64,000 bases of DNA from Myxococcota bacterium (GTDB taxonomy: Bacteria > Myxococcota_A > SURF-8). The number at the start of each line of letters is the position of its first letter. Position 1 is the first letter of the stretch. The translations under genes and the position numbers were made by a program. The notes beneath the pieces are model-generated. The model was not told the origin of the DNA and made no database searches. It was given only the letters and a program-made list of their open reading frames with translations. This document shows, piece by piece, positions 1 through 9,175 of this stretch. Location: contig CAXXQS010000002.1 in NCBI GenBank assembly GCA_963674735.2, positions 1,344,001 through 1,408,000 on the forward strand, in the 5' to 3' direction.

Positions 1-498
1 GTCGGCTTCCAAACGCGTCTCACTCATCCGGCCCAGCTTGAAGTGCTACGTAAACTGCCCGGTTTGGCCAAAGCGGAGTTTTTACGCTTGGGCAGCGTGC
101 ACCGAAATACCTTCATTCATGCCCCCGGACTGGTGGATCGTCATATCCGATTGCGCCGCGATCCGCGCTTGAGCTTCGCCGGGCAGGTGTCGGGTGTGGA
201 AGGGTATGTGGAAAGCGCCGCCAGCGGGCTGATGATCGGGCTCTTCACCCATTCGCGGATTGTGCGTAAGCCCTTGATGCCGCCCCCGTCCGAAACCATG
301 CACGGCGCGCTGCTCGATTACCTGGTGAAACCCAACAAGCGTTTTCAGCCGTCGAATGTCACGCATGCCATGCTGCCGTCTTTGCCGCCCAAACCGCGCT
401 TGCGCAAACGCGACCGCAAGCGGGCTTACATGGAGCGGGCGCGTCAAGCCTTGACGGACTGGATGAGCGAGTGGCAGGTTCAGTCTATCGAGCCCTGA
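1..498 (+). CDS. trmFO: tRNA (uracil-5)-methyltransferase TrmFO/Gid, 3' part (5' end outside window)
   Basis: Frame open from base 1 (VGFQTRL...LPGL..AEFLRLGSVHRNTFI); FAGQVSGVEGYVESAASG and FQPSNV motifs typical of TrmFO. Confidence 0.93.
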   Translation, partial: VGFQTRLTHPAQLEVLRKLPGLAKAEFLRLGSVHRNTFIHAPGLVDRHIRLRRDPRLSFAGQVSGVEGYVESAASGLMIGLFTHSRIVRKPLMPPPSETMHGALLDYLVKPNKRFQPSNVTHAMLPSLPPKPRLRKRDRKRAYMERARQALTDWMSEWQVQSIEP

Positions 499-578
499 TG
501 GACAATTTCCCGTGACGCTGTCGCCCATCAGGATACACAAAGTAGATATCCTATATCACATATGAAATTGGTTTGTGC

Positions 579-607
579 TTGATGCCCGGATCGGCCTGTG
601 TTAGGGT
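579..607 (+). promoter_or_regulatory. putative sigma70 promoter of PfpI gene
   Basis: TTGATG-17 nt-TAGGGT with TG extension. Confidence 0.4.
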
Positions 608-678
608 GTATGCACCGGGTGAGGCTCATTTGTTTGCGGTTGATAACCGCTGTTTGGGGGATTGAAGGATTAGAAAAC

Positions 679-1218
679 ATGGCCAAGGTGTGCATTCTCT
701 GTGCGGAACAATTTCAGGATATGGAAGTGATGTATCCGCTTCTGCGACTGATGGAAGCCGGTCACGGCGTGACGGTCGCCGGAATGGGAGAGAAAGAATA
801 CAAAGGAAAGTATGGTTATCCGGTAGCCACCGATACGGTCATTGCCGCCATCGACCCCGATGACTTCGACGCGTTCATCGTTCCGGGGGGCTGGGCTCCG
901 GATTTCCTGCGGCGCACACCTGACGCGGCGCGTTTGATCGCCCGAGCCGACGAAAAAGGCAAACTGATCGGCGCGATTTGTCATGCGGGCTGGGTTTTAG
1001 CTTCGGCCAAAATATTGAAGGAGCGGCGCTTGACCAGCTTTTTCGCGATACGCGACGATCTGGAACATGCCGGGGCGACGTGGACCGATGAAGCCGTCGT
1101 CGTGGACGGCAATTTGATAACGGCTCGTAACCCTTTCGATTTGCCCGAGTTTATGAAAGCGATACTCCATTGGCTCAAGGAGAAATCGTCATGCACGACA
1201 TGCAAGAGCAAGAACTGA
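679..1218 (+). CDS. PfpI/DJ-1 family protease/deglycase (type 1 glutamine amidotransferase-like)
   Basis: FQDMEVMYP, IVPGGWAPDFLR, catalytic AICHAG, VVVDGNLITARNP; ATG at 679 after AAGGA. Confidence 0.92.
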   Translation: MAKVCILCAEQFQDMEVMYPLLRLMEAGHGVTVAGMGEKEYKGKYGYPVATDTVIAAIDPDDFDAFIVPGGWAPDFLRRTPDAARLIARADEKGKLIGAICHAGWVLASAKILKERRLTSFFAIRDDLEHAGATWTDEAVVVDGNLITARNPFDLPEFMKAILHWLKEKSSCTTCKSKN

Positions 1219-1454
1219 TTTTTAGGGAAAAAGGAGTGGTGGAAGACCGGAACGGACGTGTTGCCGGCTTCTGGATCAAACGGCGCAAAGGCCGCCGCGA
1301 GACCTATCTGTTCGAGAAGCCGATCAAGCGTGTCAAGCCTTACCGGGTCGAGCGCAAAACCATCATGATCGATGGGAATCCCGTGCACGATGTTCCGGTC
1401 AAGGTGTATCCGTTGGTCAACAGTCTCACGCACTGGGGGAAATACCCCAAGTGA
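1191..1454 (+). CDS. small basic hypothetical protein (87 aa)
   Basis: AAGGAG SD ahead of ATG 1191; overlaps PfpI 3' end; coding-like codon usage. Confidence 0.6.
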   Translation: MHDMQEQELIFREKGVVEDRNGRVAGFWIKRRKGRRETYLFEKPIKRVKPYRVERKTIMIDGNPVHDVPVKVYPLVNSLTHWGKYPK

Positions 1455-1560
1455 GGTTTTCACCGTAGCGGCTCCCGGCTTTCCACTGTTTCAACGGTTG
1501 GGCGGCTATCGTTGGCTTCCCGCCCAGCGATCCCCTCAAAGGTTCATCCCACCTGTCTAG

Positions 1561-3543
1561 CTAATCAGAATTATTCGGGATTTTAAAAATCAAGCGGTTG
1601 CGATCACGCCAAATCAGCGGCAAATGGACGGCCAGTTGTTTCAGCCAATCTTCGTCGAGCGGGGCAAGATGGAGGCGGCGACGTTCGAAAAGGCTGATGA
1701 GTAGCCAATCCGCCTGCGTTTCGTGCAGGAGGGCGGCGACGTCGGCCGGAGCGGTTCCGTTCGCCAGTGCCCGGTCGATGACGGTGGATTGATAAGGAGA
1801 GACCGGCCGGGTTGGGCGGTCGAGATAGGCGAATCGTCGTTCGCCGTCCAACACCACGCGGTCTGTCGGCTTGGCCAGCTTCTGCAATTCCTGAAAGGCT
1901 TTGAAAGACGGCAGGTTGGCAGCGAGATAGTCGTCGGACGAGAGGTGCCCGTTCAGTACCTCTGCGCCGCTTGGGAAAAAGGCTTCGGCCAGCGAGAGTT
2001 GCAAGGCGAAACCGTGCAGAAGAACCGCTGCCATCAACAGCGCTCCCAGGCGTCGCCACAAGGGCCACTGCGCAGCGCGCGCCAGACCGACCGCCAGAAA
2101 GACTGCCGGAAGCAGAAACAACATGGGATAAAAGCGGATCTTCGTGCTGAAGAGCAGAATGGGAATCCATTGCCAGACCCACATCAGAAGCAGGGCGCGC
2201 GTTCCGTCGTGCTTAAGTCCGCGCCAAAAGATTAGAAACGGGGCCAGCAGCAGCAATCCCGCCCCGATCACGGCGTGATCGCCATCGATCTGGAAGGGAT
2301 TGAAGAACAGGTGATAGAGGAACATCCCCAAACCGTGGTCGCCGACATGTGGAATTTCGGCCTGGACCCGCGTGTAGTCGACGCCCGTCGCTGTGCCGAA
2401 AAGGTCGGGCAGGAAGGGGTAGAGGGGCGAACCGCTGGCCATCCAGGTCGCCAGATAATAGGGAAGAGCCGCCGCCAGTCCCGCCAGGGTGGCCAGAAGC
2501 ACGCCTCGCCGGAATTCCGTGCTTTTCCATCGGCCGCGCCCGACGGCCAGGGCCGCTAAGATCAATCCCGGTCCCCAGGCAAAAGCGGCGTACTTGGTGG
2601 CGGTGGCGAATCCGGCGAAGAGTCCCGCGAGCGCGAGGCGTTGAACCAGCGGCCGGTCGTCGTCGAGCAGCAGGAGCAGCGCCAGAAGTTCGAAAAAAGC
2701 CAGGGTGATATCGTTTTTGACGTCCGAGGCCAGATAACCCGTCAAGGGGATTGCCAGCGCCAGTGCCAATGCCAATCGTCCGGCCCGCGGCCCGCCGAAA
2801 CGCTGCGCAAGCCGGGCAAGACCCCAGACGGTGGACAGTCCGATGAGGGTGGTGAAGGCGTTGGTCGCCGCCGGTCCGGATAGCGCCAGGGGGAAACACA
2901 GCCATAATTCGTGCAATTTGGGATAGGCCGACATCATATGCTGCGGGTAGATGTCGAGTTGTCCGGTCAGCAGATATTGCTGCGGCAAAGCCAGGTGGTA
3001 GACCATGCTGTCGTAAAGGACGGGCGGCAGGGCGCCGTAGCCGACCCAGAGGGCGGCGCTGAGCAAGGATCCCCCGAGAACCAGTGCATCGAAAGCATCG
3101 AATGCGGAAATATCGGTGTTTCCGGCTTGTTGGCGCTGTAGCCAGAGCCTGCGCCAGGCCCATAGGGAGGCCGGGAGAGCCAATACCAGAAGGCCGATCA
3201 GGGCGGCGGGGCGTAACCATCCGAGCTGGCCGAAGGCGAAAGCCACCAGACTCAGCAAGCCGCCGCCGAGACCGAACCCGGCCAGGATGTGGAGGGCGGA
3301 ATCGCCGGTGCCGAGAGGGTCGGTGGGCTTGAATAAACTGAGGCAGGCCATGCCCAAACCCGCGAAAATAGTCCACAATAAGAAGGCGACGCCGTAGGCC
3401 GGAAGCAGCGTATCGACGAGATAGCTGGGATAGCGTGTGACGGCGATGGTGCCGACACCCAGGACGAACAAGATGGCCACGAGAGTATAGCCGCGCGGAA
3501 GCGGTGGTATCTGAGCGGCTGTGGGGGGGTGGCGAGTCGACAT
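1561..3543 (-). CDS. polytopic GT-C fold (ArnT/PMT-like) glycosyltransferase
   Basis: 660 aa, many TM helices, PPVLYDSMVYHLALP loop, SDVKNDI, ATKYA, GSPLYP motifs. Confidence 0.75.
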   Translation of the reverse strand: MSTRHPPTAAQIPPLPRGYTLVAILFVLGVGTIAVTRYPSYLVDTLLPAYGVAFLLWTIFAGLGMACLSLFKPTDPLGTGDSALHILAGFGLGGGLLSLVAFAFGQLGWLRPAALIGLLVLALPASLWAWRRLWLQRQQAGNTDISAFDAFDALVLGGSLLSAALWVGYGALPPVLYDSMVYHLALPQQYLLTGQLDIYPQHMMSAYPKLHELWLCFPLALSGPAATNAFTTLIGLSTVWGLARLAQRFGGPRAGRLALALALAIPLTGYLASDVKNDITLAFFELLALLLLLDDDRPLVQRLALAGLFAGFATATKYAAFAWGPGLILAALAVGRGRWKSTEFRRGVLLATLAGLAAALPYYLATWMASGSPLYPFLPDLFGTATGVDYTRVQAEIPHVGDHGLGMFLYHLFFNPFQIDGDHAVIGAGLLLLAPFLIFWRGLKHDGTRALLLMWVWQWIPILLFSTKIRFYPMLFLLPAVFLAVGLARAAQWPLWRRLGALLMAAVLLHGFALQLSLAEAFFPSGAEVLNGHLSSDDYLAANLPSFKAFQELQKLAKPTDRVVLDGERRFAYLDRPTRPVSPYQSTVIDRALANGTAPADVAALLHETQADWLLISLFERRRLHLAPLDEDWLKQLAVHLPLIWRDRNRLIFKIPNNSD

Positions 3544-3549
3544 GGGCGC

Positions 3550-3578
3550 ATTATACAGCCGAGGCGATGCTTTCCCAA
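3550..3578 (-). promoter_or_regulatory. sigma70 promoter, probably leaderless transcript
   Basis: Minus strand TTGGGA-17 nt-TATAAT ends 6 nt before ATG 3543; no SD. Confidence 0.55.
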
Positions 3579-3749
3579 TAAAAAAGCCATATTGCAGCGG
3601 AAGTGTCGGCGATTAAAAAGCCATGAATGCGGGAACATGGGGTTTACACGCACTCGAAACTGAAGTATGCTGAAGCAACTTTTTCACAGAGCGCCCTGTC
3701 GCCGGATGGGCTGGAGGATAAAGGGCTTTTCTCAGTATGTATAAAATGA

Positions 3750-4001
3750 GTGAGCGAGATGGCGATTAAAAAACGAATGAGGCGCTTTCAACAGGTCTTG
3801 GAAAATGGACGACAGGGGGCCGTGCGCAGTGTGCGGCTGGGATATAACCCCAACTCCAGTTCTTTGGGGCTGAATGTTACGCTATTGGTTTACGGTGCTT
3901 TGGCCCTGTTGGTGGTCACTCCGGTCGCGGCGGTGACGGCGCGGCTGATTTTGAAACGCCGAGTGTCTTTGCCGACGGAAGACGAGCGGTCCAATCCCTG
4001 A
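3750..4001 (+). CDS. small single-TM protein with GYNPNSSS motif
   Basis: Basic N-terminus, VRLGYNPNSSSLG, one hydrophobic helix, basic tail. Confidence 0.65.
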   Translation: MSEMAIKKRMRRFQQVLENGRQGAVRSVRLGYNPNSSSLGLNVTLLVYGALALLVVTPVAAVTARLILKRRVSLPTEDERSNP

Positions 4002-4041
4002 TCGTCGTTAACTAGCCGATTTTTCGGGTGAGGGGAAAACC

Positions 4042-5145
4042 TTGCGAGTGCTGATACTTGAGCCGTATTACGGGGGATCTCACCGGTCATTCGTGGCGAT
4101 TACCAAGCAGCATTCGGTCCACGATATCCAGGCCGAAGTGTTACCTGCCCGCTGGTGGAAATGGCGGTTGTCGGGCTCTCCGTTTGTGTTTGCCAAAGCC
4201 TTCAGAGAGAGGACGATCAAACCCGATCTGCTGTTGTTTTCAAACACCATCGATGTCGCCGCCTTTATCGGCCTGGCAGGAATCGAAGCGGCGCGTTTGC
4301 CCAAACTGGCGTTTTTCCATGAAAACCAGATCACCTATCCCCGCTCGCCCAATGATGCCGCCGATGCACATTACGGTTTGATCAACCTCAACAGCGCTCT
4401 TTCCTGCGATGAAGTCTGGTTCAATTCCGATTTTCATCGGCGCTCTTTTCTCGAAGCGCTCGGACCGTTTCTCGAACAATTCCCGGACAATATTCCACGC
4501 GATGCCATTGGTGACGTTTCGGCCCGCAGCCGTATTTTCCCGGTCCCGGTGGAACCCCCGCCCGACGTGCCACCCGCACGTGAAAAGGGATCGCGACTAC
4601 GTATTTTGTGGAATCATCGCTGGGAGTTCGACAAGGCACCGGAGGTTTTCTTCGCCGCGTTGGAACGTCTGATGACGGAAGGAGTGTCTTTCGAGGTCGT
4701 GGTACTGGGTGAGGGATTCCGCACGCGGCCACCGATCTTCGACCGGGCCCGAGCCAAGTTGGGCGATCGTGTGGTGCGTTACGGCTATGCCGACAGCCGT
4801 CAGGAATACGCCGCTTGGGTGCGTGCCTGCGATGTGGTGGTAAGCTGCGCGCGCCAGGAAAATTTCGGAATTTCCATCGCCGAAGCGGTGCTGGCGGGCT
4901 GCGTGCCGATTTTGCCCAACCGGCTGGTTTATCCCGATATCATCCCGCCCGAACAGCAGGCGGAGTTGCTTTATCAGGATGAAAAAAGCCTGGTGGATAA
5001 ACTGCGCGCTGCTGCGCTCGATATCGATGTTTTGCGCCATCGACCGCGTTGCGATTTTTACGACGGCTTTGTGGCCGAAAAGGTCGTGCGACTGTTCGAT
5101 GCGGAGGTCGAACGACTGGTCGCCGCTCACCGTTCGGCCCAGTAA
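4042..5145 (+). CDS. DUF3524/GTDC1-like GT-B glycosyltransferase (tRNA-queuosine mannosyltransferase family homolog)
   Basis: LEPYYGGSH, LPARWWKWR, FFHENQITYP, ILWNHRWEFDKAP, QENFGISIAEA; TTG start after GAGGGG. Confidence 0.88.
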   Translation: MRVLILEPYYGGSHRSFVAITKQHSVHDIQAEVLPARWWKWRLSGSPFVFAKAFRERTIKPDLLLFSNTIDVAAFIGLAGIEAARLPKLAFFHENQITYPRSPNDAADAHYGLINLNSALSCDEVWFNSDFHRRSFLEALGPFLEQFPDNIPRDAIGDVSARSRIFPVPVEPPPDVPPAREKGSRLRILWNHRWEFDKAPEVFFAALERLMTEGVSFEVVVLGEGFRTRPPIFDRARAKLGDRVVRYGYADSRQEYAAWVRACDVVVSCARQENFGISIAEAVLAGCVPILPNRLVYPDIIPPEQQAELLYQDEKSLVDKLRAAALDIDVLRHRPRCDFYDGFVAEKVVRLFDAEVERLVAAHRSAQ

Positions 5146-5178
5146 AGCGGTTCGAGCTATTGGCGAGTCGAGGTTCGC

Positions 5179-5208
5179 TTGACGCGCCGACCCAAAAAGG
5201 CCTACAAT
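5179..5208 (+). promoter_or_regulatory. sigma70 promoter
   Basis: TTGACG-18 nt-TACAAT. Confidence 0.6.
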
Positions 5209-5296
5209 CACAAGTTAAGCAAGGTTACCCCGTATCGTCGGCATCCATGTCCGAATTGCGGTTTGCATGGAGACGCCTGAACCCGAGGAGTGTCTT

Positions 5297-8200
5297 ATGA
5301 AACGGTATGTATGGTTAACGCTGACCCTTCTGGCGGTCTTGGGGATATTGGCGTCCTGCGGCGGCAGTTCGTCCGATTCCGTCGACGGCGACGAATCGGT
5401 GGGGGGCTTTGGTGAACCTTGCTACCCCAATGGGGCCTGCAACGACGATCTTACCTGCATCGGTGATGTCTGCAAGTATCCGGTCGACAATGACGGCGAT
5501 TTGGATGACGAACCGATATCGGAGCCCGAGGCCGAGACCGAGTGCAACGATAACGACGAATGTCCGCCGGGGTATATCTGCGATGGTGGCCGCTGCATCA
5601 CCGATCCCGATGGCGATGAGGAAGAAGAGCTGGAAGCGGTCGAGGCGGAGGTCGAGGCGGAAGTCGAAATCGATCCGCAGGGACCGCGTCTCGATGTCAG
5701 TCCCATGCCGGTCGATTTCGGATCGGTGGCGGTGGACGCCAGTTCCGTACGCTCGCTGTCGTTCCGCAATATCGGTTTGGAGCGTCTGGATGTCATGGGC
5801 CTGGAAGTCTTGCCCAGCGATACCCCCCACGGCGTGTTTGAATTCACCGCTGCGGTCGATACGCCGTTCCATCTCCAGCCGGGGGAGACGGTCAGCGCCG
5901 GTATGCGTTACACGCGCAGCGAGGCGGGCGACGACAGCGCCCTGCTGACCATCCTGTCGAACGATGCTTTTGCCCAGACTCAGACCGTTCGTCTGGTGTC
6001 GAACGATCGTGGACCGGTGGCGTTGACCATCGATCCGGGCATGCTGGAATTCGGTTTGGTTCCGGTCGGCCAGATGTCCGATCCGCTGGTGCTCACGGTG
6101 ACGAACGCGGCGGAAGGTGACGACGCGGGGACGCTGGTGATCGGAGGCGTGGAAATCGAGGGTGGCGGCGGCGTTTTCTTGGCGGGCAGCGGCATGCCGG
6201 TATTTCCGGTCGAACTGGCCGCGGGTGAAAGTGCTTATCTGCCGGTGGTCGCCTTGCCGACGGAGGTGGAGGAAGTCGCGGGCACCCTGAAGATTCTGCA
6301 CAACGATCCGGCGCAGGATTATCCGCTGGAGGTGGCGTTACATACGGTGGGTACGGCTCCCGATCTGCTGCTGTCGCCGACATCGGCAGAGTTCGGACCG
6401 GTGGCCGTCAGTGAAACGAACGTGTTGACGTTGACCTTGCGCAATGTGGGCGGGATGCCGGTCTCGATTCAATCCGCCGAATTGACCCCGACGTCGTCGG
6501 TGGCTTTCAGCGTGGAACTGGACCCCGACGGCGATGGAACGGACAATTTGCCGACCACCTTGGAACTGGGCGGTTCCACCACGATCGATCTGGTTTTCAG
6601 CCCCGAAAGCATCGGTTTGCATGAGGGCATTCTCTATGTCGTCGCCGATAGTTTGTCGGGCGAGCCTTATACGCTGGCGCTTTCGGGCACCGGCATGCCG
6701 CCGGAGCTGAACATCACCCCGGCCGAATTGGATTTCGGTTGCGTGGCGGTGGGCCAATCCGAAGAACGTTCGCTGAGTATCGTCTATCAGGGCGCGGGCA
6801 GCGTGGTGATTTCCGATGCCTACATCGCGCAGTCTTACGTGTTCAGTATCGCAACCGCTCCGGAGTTTCCCGTTACCCTCAACCAGGGTGATACCCTCGA
6901 TATCGTTGCGGCCTATGAGCCCTATGAAGAACTCGCCACCCAGGAAGCTCAGTTGACCATTGCGATCGGGGAGGGAGACGAGGCGATCACCTATCAGGTG
7001 CCGCTGGTGGGTTGCGGGATTGTCGCCCGCATTCAACTGGATTTCGATGAGGACAATGCTTTTCTGGATGTGCAGAAGCTTCCCAAACCGGCCGGTGACA
7101 TGACCGACGAGGAAAAAGCCCTATGGGTGGCGCGCGAACCGGCGATGCTCACCAACAACGGTAGCGCGCCGTTGACAGTCAGTTCCATTCTGCCCGATGC
7201 TGCATCGGCAGACACCTGGTCGACGACCGCCGAGCCGCCGTTTGTCATCCAACCGGGAGAAAGCAGCAGCTTCGAGGTGCTGTGGTCGCCCACCGACCCA
7301 GGGTCGGATTTGGGTCGCATCTGGATTTGTTCGGATGCGGTGGATGCCTTGGAAGATCCGAGCCAATGCGCGGAAGACGGCCATGCCCCCATTAGTATCG
7401 CGTTGATTCGGACGCCCATCGACCCGCGTTTGGACGTGACGCCCAACAGCTACGATTTCGAGCAGCTCGGACCCGGCGAAACCGCCGATCAGATCTTCTA
7501 CATCCGCAATCTGCGCATTTCGCCCATGTTGGTCGAATCGATCGATATCGTCGGTTCGGAAGACTTCAGCATCACCGACATCACCCCGGTCGCCGGTGAA
7601 GACGGCTGGCCGCTGACCGGTTTGTCGGGGGAGAATATTGTCGTCACGGTGCGCTTTGCCCCGCAGAGCGGTGACACCCAGGCTGCAGCGTTGGTGGTGC
7701 GTCACGACGATAAAGACGCCGACCGTACGGGTGGGTCGTCGGGGGCGGACTATCCCGAATTTTCCGTGCCGCTTTCGGGGAATGGGGGGGTGAATAATCC
7801 GCCCCTCGGTTTGATCAAGGCGCCGCCGGGAGAGCCGGAGGGCCAGGTCGGTCGTCGCACGATCACGGTGGCGATCGATGAGATTCTCACCCTCGACGGC
7901 GGGGACAGCTACGATCCCGACAGCGGCGACCATGTAACGGGTTACGCCTGGTCGGTGGATCAGAGCGAGGGCTTTGTATGGCTGGGTGCGCTCAATACCG
8001 CCGTGACGCTCTTGCGTTTCAACACAGCCGGACGCTACACCGTCCGGCTCGACGTGCGCGATACTTACGGCGCGCATAATGTACCCTCCATCGATTCGAA
8101 GCTGGAAGTGGCGGTGCAGGGCGATCCGGTCGCGGTCGCGGTGGAGAGCGGCAGCGGTTTATCGGATAACATCACCGCCCAGTTGCGCACGCCGCTTCTC

Positions 8201-8974
8201 CTCGACGGAACCAATTCTTACGACCCGGACGGCGAGATCGCCGTGTACCGTTGGTTTGTGCGCAGCGACGACCAGCGCGGGGAAGATGTCCTGTTTTCCA
8301 ACGATCCGCAGCCCAGCTATTCTTTCGAGGCGGCGGGCGATTATGTGATCAGTCTGGAAGTGGAGGACAACGATGGGCGCGTGTGTCTCGAACGCGACGA
8401 GATGCATGTGCGTGTGCAGGCCAACGACAGCATTCGCGTCGAAATGACGTGGACCGGCGGTGGCAACGTCGATCTGCACTGGGTGCGTCCGGGCGGCAGC
8501 ATGAACGGGCAGGGCGACTGTCACGAGGGAAATCCCACCCCCGATTGGTCGACGTCGCCCGGTTTCGGCCATCCGGAATTCGTGCAGGCGTCGGACAGCG
8601 GCGCTCAACCCGAGGTGTTCGAGCATCTCGATCCGGGTGATGGCGTTTACAAGCTGACGGCTGAATTTGTCAGTCACCTGGAAGAATGTCACAACGAGCA
8701 GATCTGCAACGACTACTACGGCAATTGCGATTTGTGCGGCTGTACCTGTCCGCCTTTCTGCTGGGCCTTGCGTATCTGTTGCGACGATTGCCGCATTTGC
8801 GAGAGTCATCCGGTTTGCACCCCGCGTCCGGCCGATCTGACGTTCCGTATCTACCTGAACGGATCGCCCGAACCGACACGCACCCTCACCGGCGACAGTT
8901 ACAGTATTCCGCAGGCTCCCAATGTGGTGGCCTATTCCCTCGAACGACGCAACGGCGCTTTCCTGTTGCCCTGA
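5297..8974 (+). CDS. large surface lipoprotein: Cys-rich modules, ~6 choice-of-anchor D/ASH-like Ig domains, 2 PKD domains, C-terminal YfaP/DUF2135-like domain
   Basis: GAGGAG SD, lipobox LASC; repeated (V/L)xPxxLxFGxV...NxG units; LDGxxSYDPD PKD motifs; IRVEMTW..GNVDLH. Confidence 0.8.
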   Translation: MKRYVWLTLTLLAVLGILASCGGSSSDSVDGDESVGGFGEPCYPNGACNDDLTCIGDVCKYPVDNDGDLDDEPISEPEAETECNDNDECPPGYICDGGRCITDPDGDEEEELEAVEAEVEAEVEIDPQGPRLDVSPMPVDFGSVAVDASSVRSLSFRNIGLERLDVMGLEVLPSDTPHGVFEFTAAVDTPFHLQPGETVSAGMRYTRSEAGDDSALLTILSNDAFAQTQTVRLVSNDRGPVALTIDPGMLEFGLVPVGQMSDPLVLTVTNAAEGDDAGTLVIGGVEIEGGGGVFLAGSGMPVFPVELAAGESAYLPVVALPTEVEEVAGTLKILHNDPAQDYPLEVALHTVGTAPDLLLSPTSAEFGPVAVSETNVLTLTLRNVGGMPVSIQSAELTPTSSVAFSVELDPDGDGTDNLPTTLELGGSTTIDLVFSPESIGLHEGILYVVADSLSGEPYTLALSGTGMPPELNITPAELDFGCVAVGQSEERSLSIVYQGAGSVVISDAYIAQSYVFSIATAPEFPVTLNQGDTLDIVAAYEPYEELATQEAQLTIAIGEGDEAITYQVPLVGCGIVARIQLDFDEDNAFLDVQKLPKPAGDMTDEEKALWVAREPAMLTNNGSAPLTVSSILPDAASADTWSTTAEPPFVIQPGESSSFEVLWSPTDPGSDLGRIWICSDAVDALEDPSQCAEDGHAPISIALIRTPIDPRLDVTPNSYDFEQLGPGETADQIFYIRNLRISPMLVESIDIVGSEDFSITDITPVAGEDGWPLTGLSGENIVVTVRFAPQSGDTQAAALVVRHDDKDADRTGGSSGADYPEFSVPLSGNGGVNNPPLGLIKAPPGEPEGQVGRRTITVAIDEILTLDGGDSYDPDSGDHVTGYAWSVDQSEGFVWLGALNTAVTLLRFNTAGRYTVRLDVRDTYGAHNVPSIDSKLEVAVQGDPVAVAVESGSGLSDNITAQLRTPLLLDGTNSYDPDGEIAVYRWFVRSDDQRGEDVLFSNDPQPSYSFEAAGDYVISLEVEDNDGRVCLERDEMHVRVQANDSIRVEMTWTGGGNVDLHWVRPGGSMNGQGDCHEGNPTPDWSTSPGFGHPEFVQASDSGAQPEVFEHLDPGDGVYKLTAEFVSHLEECHNEQICNDYYGNCDLCGCTCPPFCWALRICCDDCRICESHPVCTPRPADLTFRIYLNGSPEPTRTLTGDSYSIPQAPNVVAYSLERRNGAFLLP

Positions 8975-9002
8975 GGCGGGTCGAAACGAACACGGTCTTT
9001 AC

Positions 9003-9030
9003 GCCCCCGGCCTTGCGGTCGGGGGCTTTT
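9003..9030 (+). terminator. intrinsic terminator
   Basis: GCCCCCGGCC-TTGC-GGTCGGGGGC-TTTT. Confidence 0.85.
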
Positions 9031-9091
9031 CGTTACTGGGGGTCCGCTTACAGTGCTGCGTTCGTGTTTCACATGAGAAAAACGTAAAGAA

Positions 9092-9120
9092 TTGACAACC
9101 GGTGGCGAGGCCGCTACCTT
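9092..9120 (+). promoter_or_regulatory. sigma70 promoter
   Basis: TTGACA-17 nt-TACCTT. Confidence 0.6.
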
Positions 9121-9175
9121 TTTAGAAAGCGAGCTTCCCGCCACGGAAGACCCGGAACAATCAAAGGGGAATCCC

